Made by a program: the position numbers and the translations under genes. Shown one piece after another: positions 1 through 9,166 of a stretch of 64,000 nt of DNA. Below the pieces are notes generated by a model. The model did no database searches, was not told the origin of the DNA, and was given only the letters and a program-made list of their open reading frames with translations. How positions within the stretch are numbered: the stretch's first letter is position 1; every line of letters starts with the position of its first letter. The DNA is from an uncultured bacterium. GTDB lineage: Bacteria > Chloroflexota > UBA5177 > JANWHV01. The stretch is from assembly GCA_963729625.1 (NCBI GenBank), contig CAVSOU010000007.1, forward strand, positions 320,001 through 384,000, read 5' to 3'.

Positions 1-510
1 GGCGAAACCCCGGCGGTTGACAATCTCACTCCATTTCTCCGTGACCGACGGCGTAGCGGCACCGTCAACCATGTCTCCACAGATCAGCAGTGTCCCACCC
101 GGGCGAAGCACGCGAAAGGCTTCCTGAGCAGCACGCACAGGATCCGCCACAAGGTGAAAGACCTGAACGGCGATGACCGCATCGAATTCCGCGTCATGAA
201 ACGGCATGTCGTGTATGTCGGCTTCCTCAGCGCGAATTCGTATGGAACGGCCCGCGCGGGCGAGCGCGGTCACCTTCTCATGGAGCCGTGCAAGCATCTC
301 GCGAGAAATGTCGACACCTGTCACGTCGTATCCAAGCTCGGCCAGTGGAAGTGCAATTCGGCCTGTCCCGATGCCGATCTCGAGAAATCGCGTGTTCGGG
401 TTGGCGTCAACGGCCGCTGCCAGACTCCGGCCGATTGCCGAGGCGACCTCGCCGTCATAGCCGCGCGTCGCATCATAATAGTCCGCGGCGCGGTCGAAGT
501 TGATCGACAT
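1..510 (-). CDS. Class I SAM-dependent methyltransferase (3' end runs off window)
   Basis: Not in the ORF track. My translation from ATG 510 reads MSINFDRAADYYDATRGY...FLEIGIGTGRIALPLAELGYDVTGVDIS...ADIHDMPFHDAEFDAVIAVQVFHLV...RVLRPGG, with SAM motif I and later motifs. Confidence 0.9.
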   Translation of the reverse strand, partial: MSINFDRAADYYDATRGYDGEVASAIGRSLAAAVDANPNTRFLEIGIGTGRIALPLAELGYDVTGVDISREMLARLHEKVTALARAGRSIRIRAEEADIHDMPFHDAEFDAVIAVQVFHLVADPVRAAQEAFRVLRPGGTLLICGDMVDGAATPSVTEKWSEIVNRRGFA

Positions 511-983
511 GACACTTGCTTTCACTTGCGGAGGCGGCGAAGAGGCTGCACGGAACGGCATCCAGGTGCGGACTGCGATCGAGCGTCGTGCCCGCTGCAG
601 CAACTGATCTTCATCGTACCCGAATTCGCTTCGCGGCCGGATAGAGTTGGCAACCCACGAGGGGCCCGCTCGCTCGGCGATCGATGGTGCGGTCGCGTGC
701 TGACCTGCGCACCAGGGGACTTTGCGTTGCGAGCGGCGCAAATCAGCTCAGCAGACTCAGCCAGGCAGGGGACAAACAAGGGCCTGCCGCGCCGCCGCTC
801 GAACGAGTCGATCCATCCTGCAATCCAGGCAGTCAGGAGCGGGATGGCTTCAATCGAGCAGCTTCAAGCTTGGCGTCGAGCAGGGAGACGTGACTCCAGG
901 CCAACAGGCTGAGTCACCCGAAACGTCGAGATCGTGCGGAGGTGGATGCCACGCACGGCACGCTAAGAAAGCGTGGAGCAGAC

Positions 984-1428
984 CTACAGCCCGGTGCTGC
1001 CAAACCCACCGCGACTCGGTGCGTCCATAGTCTGGACTTCGTCCCACTCGGCTCGGTCGACGCGGACGAAGATGCCCTGGGCGACACGCTCGCCTCGGCG
1101 AACGCTTACAGGAGCCTGAGTAAAGTTGTAGACCTGACACAGAATCTCATCGCCATCACCGCAGTAATCCTGGTCGATAACACCGATTCCGTGCGGCACT
1201 GAGAGGCCTTTTCGGCGAGCCGTCGAGCTTCGGGCGGTCACCACGAGCATGTAGCCAACCGGCGTGGCTACAGCCACGCCCGTCGGGAGCAGAGCAACCT
1301 GTCCGGACCCGACAACCACATCCTCACGGCAATAAAGGTCGAAACCAACCGACCCTGGTGACGAGTATGCGGGCAGGGGCAGGTCAGGATCGAATCCGGC
1401 GGATGCGAACGACCAGGTTCTCAGCCAT
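984..1428 (-). pseudogene. dut: dUTP diphosphatase with a 1-nt frameshift near 1390-1397 (assembly error or pseudogene)
   Basis: ATG 1428 gives MAENLVVRIRR. The other frame continues DPDLPLPAYSSPGSVGFDL...ARSS...GVIDQDYCG...RVAQG...SRGGFGSTG (dUTPase motifs I-V). Confidence 0.88.
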
Positions 1429-2257
1429 GGGGCAGTATGATGCCACCGGAGCTAACGGGACCGCTGGATTGAGAGAGAGGACGGCCATAAGGATCGACGA
1501 GGCCGGATGGGCGCTGAACCGGCGGCGGCGGCGAATCTTCCGCTTGAGCACCAAGGCGCGTGGCGATCTCGATGAACCGCTCCGTAATTGCCTTCGCAGG
1601 GACGCCATACATTTCCGAAAGCTCATCGAGGTCCGGCTCAAGGCCGTCCAGAGCCAACACCGACATGTGCACGGCGGCGGCCCAGATCCGCACATCGCCT
1701 GCGAGGACCTGGTCTTCGCGAAGCGCTCTCCAGAAGCGGATACCTTGCTCGAGCATGTGCAAGCCAAGATGGTCGGACTGCAGACCACCGATGAGCAGCT
1801 TGTCCCCCGCTTCCAGCTGCTCAGGATGCAGGATATCGAGCTGAGCCTCGCCGTTATAGAACATCACTGTTGGCTCAAGAATGACGTCAACACTGAAATC
1901 GAGGTCCGCAGGCACGGGCCAGATATCGTCGATCTTCCAAGTGCCGCGCTCGGACGTCAAGACGACCGTGCTGACGGACACGTCGTCGCCATTCTCGTTA
2001 CGACCACGAACCTCGGCGACGGCCAAATCGTCCCCTATCTCCGCCATTGAGAGGCCAACTTGCTGGGGATTCGCAGCAAGGCCCAGGGGAATGCCGATAG
2101 CGCTCATGCCGAACAGCGAGAGCCCTTCACGTTTGAGGCTCTTCGCAGACAACAATTGGAGCACCGCGGGTACGTCGTCGTGCAGCACCGCGTCGATCAG
2201 GGCCGTAACCGGCGCAACGACCGGCGCGACTTGCGCCTCTTCCTGGCGTGAAGACAT
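1421..2257 (-). CDS. Hypothetical protein, 278 aa
   Basis: Long ORF with protein-like acidic composition; its stop overlaps the dut start. Confidence 0.75.
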   Translation of the reverse strand: MSSRQEEAQVAPVVAPVTALIDAVLHDDVPAVLQLLSAKSLKREGLSLFGMSAIGIPLGLAANPQQVGLSMAEIGDDLAVAEVRGRNENGDDVSVSTVVLTSERGTWKIDDIWPVPADLDFSVDVILEPTVMFYNGEAQLDILHPEQLEAGDKLLIGGLQSDHLGLHMLEQGIRFWRALREDQVLAGDVRIWAAAVHMSVLALDGLEPDLDELSEMYGVPAKAITERFIEIATRLGAQAEDSPPPPVQRPSGLVDPYGRPLSQSSGPVSSGGIILPHG

Positions 2258-2461
2258 TTCAGCTGGTCCCTTCGCTCACGTGCCAGGCGCTCAGCGGTGG
2301 TTGCAGGCAGGCACTCGACCGATCCTAGCATCCTTGGGCCGTAGCACACAAATTGCGGTCGGCTGTCACGACAGGTCGTGCCACGCCCATTCGCACAGTT
2401 CAGCCAGCTTCCCGGTCTGCGAGCGAAGCGGGCCACGGCAGCTCGCTTCGCTCGCGTGCGG

Positions 2462-3878
2462 CTACTTCGGACGGACCATCTTCTCCGGCCGCACCCAGCT
2501 GTCGAAGTCTTCAGGGCTAACCAGGGCAAGAGCGACGGCCGCTTCCTTCAACGTGCTGCCGTCATGATGTGCCTTCTTGGCAACCCGTGCGGCATTGTCG
2601 TATCCGATGTGCGGGTTCAGAGCAGTCACCAGCATCAGGCTGTCCGACACGTACGCAGCAATGCGCTTCGCGTCTGGCTCGATCCCCACAACACAGTGCA
2701 GGCGAAAACTCCTCGCCGAATCGGCCAGCAGTCGGACGGAATGCAAGAAGTTGTGAATGATCACTGTCTTGAATACATTCAGCTCGAAATTGCCGCTGGC
2801 TCCGCCTATATTGATCGCAACGTCGTTCCCGAGCACCTGCGCGCACACCATGGTCACGGCTTCACTCTGCGTGGGATTCACCTTCCCCGGCATGATCGAG
2901 CTTCCCGGCTCGTTCTCGGGAATGACCAGCTCTCCAATACCGCACCTCGGGCCACTGGCCAACCAGCGAATGTCGTTGGCAATCTTATTCATCGCGCATG
3001 CCAACGTCTTCAATGCGCCATGCGCTTCGACAATGGCATCATGGCTGGCCAGCGCCTCGAACTTGTTCTCGGCTGTGACAAAGGGGAGCCCGGTCAACTC
3101 GGCAATTCTGGCTGCGCTACGAGCGGCATACTCGCGGTGCGCGTTAAGGCCGGTGCCGACGGCCGTCCCTCCCAGCGCCAGCTCATAAAGATGCGGCAAG
3201 GAATGGTCGATGGCCCGAAGCGCGTGATCGAGCTGAGACGCGTATCCGGAGAATTCCTGGCCAAGGGTCAGCGGCGTCGCATCTTGCAGGTGCGTTCGAC
3301 CGATTTTCACCACGTCCTTGAACGCCTCGGCCTTATCACTCAACGCATCCCGCAACGCTGCGACCTCGGGCTTGAGCAGATGCTCAATCTGCTCGACGGC
3401 AGCAATGTGCATTGCCGTCGGAAACGTGTCGTTCGATGACTGGCTCTTGTTGACGTCGTCATTCGGATGGATGGGCTTCTTTGACCCGAGGACCCCGCCC
3501 GCGATCTCGATTGCTCGATTCGAGATCACTTCATTTGCGTTCATGTTCGTCTGGGTGCCGCTCCCCGTCTGCCACACGTGCAACGGAAAGTGTTCGTCCA
3601 GATTGCCCGCTATCACCTCGTCCGCCGCTCGTACGATCAGGTCCAGCTTCTCCTGTGACAAGAGCCCGAGATCGCCATTGGTGAGCGCTGCCGCCTTCTT
3701 GAGTATCCCCAGCGCCCAGATGACGGGGCGTGTAAATCGGTCCTCGCCAATGTCGAAATAGCGGAGGGAGCGCTGCGTTTGAGCACCCCAATATCGATCG
3801 GACTTGGACCTGGATCTCACCCATGCTGTCCGATTCAATGCGTGTCTTCTCCGCGCCAGTCTCCAAGGTCGTGGTCAT
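2462..3878 (-). pseudogene. fumC: Class II fumarate hydratase with a 1-nt frameshift near 3803-3808
   Basis: N-terminus MTTT...[13 protein letters not shown] lies in the 3531..3878 frame. [17 protein letters not shown] and [11 protein letters not shown] lie in the 2462..3838 frame. GGGAGGA RBS upstream. Confidence 0.92.
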
Positions 3879-4101
3879 CGCTTCCTCCCATTGGTGGTGA
3901 GTAGCGCCAGGTGCTATCTCCTCTGAGGTACACGAAGCGACACCGGCATGTTGGCAGCCGCCGAAGAGATAGCCTGAGCGTGAACAGGATCATGGTTCAG
4001 TATAGCTGGGCAGCTGCGCTTCTCGAATACCTCGCCGCGAAGCAGCGCCCCGCCCGTTTTGCCTCGCGGGCCGAACGATCGAAAGCCGCAGGGTGAAGAT
4101 C

Positions 4102-5088
4102 CTAGCAGCCTATCTCGATGTCTCGTAAGACCATCAGCAGGAAGGCATGTGAGGGAGCGAACTGGCGCCCGACAGTCACCCTGAGCTCGGCAATAGCTTC
4201 GTCGGGATCTCGAGGCTCACGGTAGGGGCGGCCCGATCGAATTGCTTCATACGCGTCGGCAAGGCCGATCAGTTGAGCATGCAGCGGGATAGCGCCGCCG
4301 GAAAGGCGGTCAGGATATCCCGTGCCGTCCCATCGCTCGTGATGATGGCGGATGGCCGGGGCGAGGTGGGCAAGGCTCGCTACCCGCCGAATTATGCGAT
4401 CTCCGGCGGCCGGATGGATCCGCATGGAAGTCCACTCTCCGTCGGACAGGGCCGCGCGTTTGCGAAGCAACTGGTTGGATACACCTATCTTGCCTATGTC
4501 ATGCAGCATTGCCGCCGTCTCGAGCGCAAGCAGAGCAGGGGGTTGAAGGTCCATGGCGCCGCCAAGACTCGTGACGAGCCGCCGTACAGTGTAGCTGTGT
4601 CTGGCTGTGGCCGGCTCGTGAATTTCGAGCATTTGCATCATCGCGTCAGCCGCTTGCTGGACGCTTTCGAGACGCCCGAATGAAGCGAGCAGCAGCGCGC
4701 GCACATGCGCAGCGTACGCTCTCGCCAGCGACACGTACTCGTGCTGGCTGGCCACGTATCCATGGTCATACAACAGAACCAGCGCTCCGCGAACACCGTA
4801 CACGGGTCCAATTGGTGACGCTGCCAACCCGGGCTGGCTCACGCACTCACCGCGCTCGAGCGCGTGCAAGGCATGCGCCCGCCAAGCGCTCAGGTGACCG
4901 CGCCCAGCAGTCAGATCCGCGAGATCGCCCTCCTGGGAAGCGATCAGGACGCGTGCTCCTATCCCGGCATCCGATGCGTCATCAAGGATCGCTTGGAGAG
5001 CAGGCCGCAGCAGCGGGTCGCACTCCCAGAGCGATCTGCTTTCGTGTGTCGCCCGTCTAGCCGGCGACAGCCTCGCGACATGTGGCAT
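4102..5088 (-). CDS. HD-GYP domain phosphodiesterase with degenerate GAF-like N-terminus
   Basis: MLHDIGK, HHHERWDGTGYP, ADAY and RPYR motifs. Start placed at ATG 5088 (MPHVAR), uncertain. Confidence 0.88.
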   Translation of the reverse strand: MPHVARLSPARRATHESRSLWECDPLLRPALQAILDDASDAGIGARVLIASQEGDLADLTAGRGHLSAWRAHALHALERGECVSQPGLAASPIGPVYGVRGALVLLYDHGYVASQHEYVSLARAYAAHVRALLLASFGRLESVQQAADAMMQMLEIHEPATARHSYTVRRLVTSLGGAMDLQPPALLALETAAMLHDIGKIGVSNQLLRKRAALSDGEWTSMRIHPAAGDRIIRRVASLAHLAPAIRHHHERWDGTGYPDRLSGGAIPLHAQLIGLADAYEAIRSGRPYREPRDPDEAIAELRVTVGRQFAPSHAFLLMVLRDIEIGC

Positions 5089-5311
5089 TGGTCGAAGCCC
5101 TCCCGTAAAGACGCGGCAACAAGATGGTTGCAAACGTGCGCAGATCGCGAGCCTGGATGTCAGCCACCATCGCTGCATCCTTGGGCGAGAGACCAAACTT
5201 CAGTGCCGTGGCACGGGGGTTGCCGAGCAGGTCTGCGCCAAAAGAATGATCGACCGCAGCGGTTCCAATGAGACGCTCAAACCCTGCGTGCAATGTTGGA
5301 TGAGGAGCCAT
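5057..5311 (-). CDS. NHLP-clan (Os1348/Franean1_4349-like) microprotein, 84 aa
   Basis: FERLIGTAAVDHSFGADLLGNPRATALKFGLSPKD matches the ExLIGxAxxDxxFxxxLLxxP...xLTxEE leader pattern. GAAAGGG RBS. Confidence 0.7.
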   Translation of the reverse strand: MAPHPTLHAGFERLIGTAAVDHSFGADLLGNPRATALKFGLSPKDAAMVADIQARDLRTFATILLPRLYGRASTNATCREAVAG

Positions 5312-5339
5312 GTGTCAATGCCCTTTCAGTTCTCGCCGA

Positions 5340-5657
5340 TTACTGGTGCGCCACGTGAAGAGGCCGGCCGGTGATGCCGCTGGCGCTGCTGAGTTTGGCG
5401 TGCAGAGGTCGCCCGGTGATGCCGCTGGCGCTGCTGAGCTTGGCGTGCAGTGGGCCGCCGGTGAGGCCGCTGGCGTTGTTGAGCTTGACGCGCAGTGGGC
5501 CGCTGGTGATGCCGCTGGCGCTGTTGAGCTTGACGTGCAGTGGGCCGCTGGTGATGCCGCTGGCGGTCGCGTGGACCTGCGAATCGGCGTTGACGGCAAC
5601 GGTACAGCCCGCGGCGAGAACGATCGCGACGGCAAGACCTCGCATTGCGCGAATCAT
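5340..5657 (-). CDS. Secreted tandem-repeat peptide precursor, 105 aa
   Basis: AGAGGAG RBS before ATG 5657. Signal peptide MIRAMRGLAVAIVLAAGCTVAVNA is followed by five ASG(I/L)T(S/G)(G/R)PL(H/R) units. Confidence 0.85.
   Translation of the reverse strand: MIRAMRGLAVAIVLAAGCTVAVNADSQVHATASGITSGPLHVKLNSASGITSGPLRVKLNNASGLTGGPLHAKLSSASGITGRPLHAKLSSASGITGRPLHVAHQ
5353..5564. repeat. Five tandem 45-bp coding repeats
   Basis: GGTGA(T/G)GCCGCTGGCG recurs at 5370, 5415, 5460, 5505 and 5550. Confidence 0.95.
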
Positions 5658-5868
5658 GGCAAGATACTCCTCTAGGACTAATGTTCCAAACCAAAGCAAA
5701 GTTCACTGCCTGAACATGGTCTGACAGACACGCCGTACCCACATCGGCTCACGTGTGACCGCCGCTAGCTGCAGCCACGGCCGGATAGCAAAACCAACCC
5801 GGAATGATACCAGGACACTACTCGTCTGTTCGCGCCCACAGACCCGCAATATCGGCGGCCAAGTGACA

Positions 5869-5874
5869 TATAAT
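5869..5874 (+). promoter_or_regulatory. Candidate sigma70 -10 element for the STAND regulator gene
   Basis: Perfect TATAAT in a GC-rich intergenic region about 110 bp upstream of 5987; no clear -35. Confidence 0.4.
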
Positions 5875-5986
5875 AGCTGTGGCCGTAACCGCGCCCTCGA
5901 AACCTGGTCTGGCCACTTGCCGCCGTAGGCAGGTTAGCACAGGGACCCTGAGCGCACCCTGAGACGGTTTCAGGAGAGAGTAGCCC

Positions 5987-8900
5987 GTGGCAGTCGGCGA
6001 CGTACCCGGCAATCCACCCTGGTCCACGGCAAAAACGCGCGTCCCCATGCCGCGAATCCTCGTGTCGCGGCCGCGGCTGATCCATCCGCTGAACCTCGCC
6101 GCGACGTCCGGACGCGTCACGCTGATCGTCGCCCCCGGCGGCTCCGGGAAGAGCTCCCTGGTGGCAGACTGGACGCGACAGGCGTCGATGCCGGTTGCAT
6201 GGTATACGGTGGATGCCGCGGACCGCGACATACGCCGGCTGGCCGCGGGACTCTGCGGCGCCATCGCCCGCGTGTTGCCGGGGGTCGCAGATGCCGCGTT
6301 TCGCGCGATCGACAGCGGAGCGACTGAAGTCGCCGCAATCGGCCTGCTTCTGGACCGGCTCGAAGATCACTCGATAACCCTCGTACTGGACGACTTCCAC
6401 CATCTTGACGGCTTACCAGAGGCCACGGCCCTGTGGGAACATTTCTTCCGCTTCAGGCCGCCGACCATGGCGCTCACCATTCTCTCGCGCACGGTGCCGA
6501 TCTTGGGCTTTGCCATGCTCGCCGCGATGGACGCCCTGCTGGGCTTGGGACGCACGGACCTGAGCTTCGCGCTTGACGAAGCAGCTGAGTTACTTGCTAA
6601 GCATGGATTGGATCCGGCGCCGGCCGCTCAGTTCGTGGCGCGCACCGACGGTTGGGCGACCGGTCTGCTCATGCTTGCGCGGTCCGCTCCGAGCGGGGTT
6701 CGCCAGCTCCACGTGAGTGTGGACACGCTCATGGATCAGCTCGGAGCCGAGCTCCTCAGCTCGTTGTCGCCCGACCTTCGCACGTTCCTGCTCGAAAGCG
6801 CGTCGCTGGGGCCTGTGACAGCCGATGAGGCAGACGAGATTATCCAACACACTCGCAGCCAGGCCCTGTTCGCGGACATATTGCAACGCGGGCTCTTCCT
6901 CACCAGGGACGGTACGACATATCGCTACCACGACCTCTTCGCCGATTACTTCATCGCAGTCCTGCGCGCCGAGGCGCCTACCAAGCTGCGTGCCATCCGC
7001 GAGCGCGCCTCCGCGTACTGGTGCGCTCAGGGAGACTTGCCTCGCGCGCTAGGCCTGCTGGCCGACGACGGCAACTGGCGGGCGCTTGCTTCCCTGCTCG
7101 AATCGCAGAGAGGTGCGCTGTGGGATCAGGCAATGTGGGGAACAGCCATAGACATGGTCGATCGCTTGCCGGAGAGCCAGCGAACGCCGCGCGTATTGGC
7201 GTTAAGTGCAGCGTGTCATGCCTCACGCGGTGAATATGCCCTCGCCCTGTCACGTGCCGACGCCGGAATGGCGGCCGCAAGAGACGAAAGCGAGTGGCTT
7301 AGCTGTGCCGTAACGCACGCAGATACGTTGCACGGCGAAGGCAGGCTCGAGGAATGTTCGCGGAGCGCCGAAGCCGCTCTTGCCGTCGCACGGCAGATTG
7401 GGCATGCTGCGGCGATAACCCGTCTCCTTAGCTTGCGGGGCCGCGCTCGGCTGGGTCTCGGTATGACGGAGGCAGGTATGGTTGACATGGCGGCGGCGCT
7501 GGACGCCCACGCTGCCGATCGAGACGTGGATGCGGAGGCCATCACGCTCTACAACCTGGCTTTGAGCCTAACCGAAGCCGGTCGCTGCACGGGATGCGAC
7601 GAGTATTTTGCACGTGCTGCGGCAATCTGGAGCCGGAAGGGTGACATGCAGCGGCTCGCGGCAGTGCTTAACCTTCGCGCAATCCATCAGTGGCAAACCG
7701 GCAACCTGCGGGCAGCCGAGGAGGATGCTCGCGCGGCGTTGTCGACACTCGGCGAGGCCGGTTCCCCACTCCGGGCCTGCGAGATCATGGCTACTTTGTG
7801 CATCGTCTGCGCCGAGAAGTCAGACATCACCGAGGCCGAGAATCTCGCTCCTAGAACCATCGAGCTGTGCGAGCGCGTCTATGCAGTTGCAGCCGCGAAT
7901 GAAGCGAGGCGGTCGCTCATTTGGTGCGCGCTGGTGCGACGCAATCGCTCCGGTACCAGGCAACTGATTGAGGACGCCCGACAACAACCCCTCACACCCA
8001 CGGACTCGGCGTTGCTTGACGTGCTCGAAGGTACGCTCGCGATCCGTGCGGGCGCTTATGCGCGAGCGGCCGACGTGCTTGGCGACGCCGCCCACAGACT
8101 CGAGGGGCTGCAGCGGCCTCAGTACGCGGCCCGTGCGCTGATACTTCGCGCCGAGGCGCTCTTGGCAGGTGGCTCGGTCAGTCGCGCCGAGGAGGCGTTG
8201 AATCACCTGGCGACGCTGGTCCTGCCATTGGGGTGCGACGGCTTCCTACGACCCGTAACGCGCATGACGCGCCAGGTCCTCGCCGAGCGGCAGATCTTGC
8301 GAAAGCTGCGGAGAGATACGCGGGATTTGCTGGAGCAGCTAGCCGCCGGGACACCAACGCTGACCGTTGTGACGCAGTCACGCAAGTCGGAAAGCGCGCC
8401 GCCGCTTCTACGTGTCTCACCATTTGGCCCGGGTAAGCTGTACTTCGACGGACGCACCATCGACGCAACCGCCTTGCCGCCGCGCGCACGTGAGGTACTA
8501 TGCTTTGTCACACACCAGAAGGGTTCGGCCGAGCGCAACACGCTCGTGGAGACCATCTGGGAGGGCGACGTGCGCGCGGCTCAGTCGCTCTGGGATGCGA
8601 GCCGGCACATTCGACGGCTGCTCGGGGAGCGGTACTGGACGACTCGCGGCGGGACGTATCGCTTGAACCTCGTGGTGAATGACGACGCGATCCAGGTTGA
8701 CGCAGACGTGGCTGCCATTCAGGGAACTGGTACCGACATCGAGAAGCTCGCCGCAGGCGAGCGTGTACTCGAGTTGATACAACCGGGCGCTTTCATGGAG
8801 TGGTGTGGAAGCCTCTGGGCAACGGCACTCCGCGCGCACTACGGTCAGCTTGCGCTATCGGCGGCCCTAGCGACCGCGGCGCTGTACGATCGGTTGGGGC

Positions 8901-9166
8901 GCGCGATGGAGGGTACCTCGACGCTGCGCCAGGCCATCGCTATCGACCCCCTTGACGAGCGTCCACGCGAAGCCCTGGTTCGCTGCCTGAGCGCCCAGGG
9001 GTTAGTGCAGCAGGCTGTCGATGAGTACCGTGCGTACCGCGCCCTGGTCCAGCAAGAGCTCGATGAAGAGCCTTCGCCGCAATTGCGGCGTTTGGTAGCG
9101 CGCCTGGGCAAGGCCATCGGGCAGGATGGCGACCCCGCGTCGGGCCCGCCTCGCCGGAGCCCATGA
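5987..9166 (+). CDS. MalT-like STAND ATPase / TPR / wHTH-BTAD (SARP-type) transcriptional regulator, 1059 aa
   Basis: SRPRL, Walker A APGGSGKS, Walker B LVLDDFH, TDGW, YRYHDLF, Ala-rich TPR-like helices, and C-terminal DPLDE...ELDEEPS BTAD signature. AGGAGAG RBS. Confidence 0.9.
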   Translation: MAVGDVPGNPPWSTAKTRVPMPRILVSRPRLIHPLNLAATSGRVTLIVAPGGSGKSSLVADWTRQASMPVAWYTVDAADRDIRRLAAGLCGAIARVLPGVADAAFRAIDSGATEVAAIGLLLDRLEDHSITLVLDDFHHLDGLPEATALWEHFFRFRPPTMALTILSRTVPILGFAMLAAMDALLGLGRTDLSFALDEAAELLAKHGLDPAPAAQFVARTDGWATGLLMLARSAPSGVRQLHVSVDTLMDQLGAELLSSLSPDLRTFLLESASLGPVTADEADEIIQHTRSQALFADILQRGLFLTRDGTTYRYHDLFADYFIAVLRAEAPTKLRAIRERASAYWCAQGDLPRALGLLADDGNWRALASLLESQRGALWDQAMWGTAIDMVDRLPESQRTPRVLALSAACHASRGEYALALSRADAGMAAARDESEWLSCAVTHADTLHGEGRLEECSRSAEAALAVARQIGHAAAITRLLSLRGRARLGLGMTEAGMVDMAAALDAHAADRDVDAEAITLYNLALSLTEAGRCTGCDEYFARAAAIWSRKGDMQRLAAVLNLRAIHQWQTGNLRAAEEDARAALSTLGEAGSPLRACEIMATLCIVCAEKSDITEAENLAPRTIELCERVYAVAAANEARRSLIWCALVRRNRSGTRQLIEDARQQPLTPTDSALLDVLEGTLAIRAGAYARAADVLGDAAHRLEGLQRPQYAARALILRAEALLAGGSVSRAEEALNHLATLVLPLGCDGFLRPVTRMTRQVLAERQILRKLRRDTRDLLEQLAAGTPTLTVVTQSRKSESAPPLLRVSPFGPGKLYFDGRTIDATALPPRAREVLCFVTHQKGSAERNTLVETIWEGDVRAAQSLWDASRHIRRLLGERYWTTRGGTYRLNLVVNDDAIQVDADVAAIQGTGTDIEKLAAGERVLELIQPGAFMEWCGSLWATALRAHYGQLALSAALATAALYDRLGRAMEGTSTLRQAIAIDPLDERPREALVRCLSAQGLVQQAVDEYRAYRALVQQELDEEPSPQLRRLVARLGKAIGQDGDPASGPPRRSP

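Noticed and set aside
511-983. Long intergenic region with a hairpin (GTGACTC...GAGTCAC near 890-917), possible ncRNA; ORF 154..912
   Set aside because: No recognisable RNA family consensus without an Rfam scan; the ORF is antisense to the methyltransferase and has non-protein-like composition.
5353-5564. 45-bp repeats as a possible CRISPR array
   Set aside because: Repeats are contiguous and in frame, with no unique spacers and no cas genes; they encode a peptide with an RBS and signal sequence.
5310-5742. Alternative-frame ORFs over the repeat (5310..5675+, 5371..5724+, 5315..5635-, 5326..5742-)
   Set aside because: Shadows of a stop-free GC-rich repeat; only the 5340..5657 frame has both an RBS and a signal peptide.
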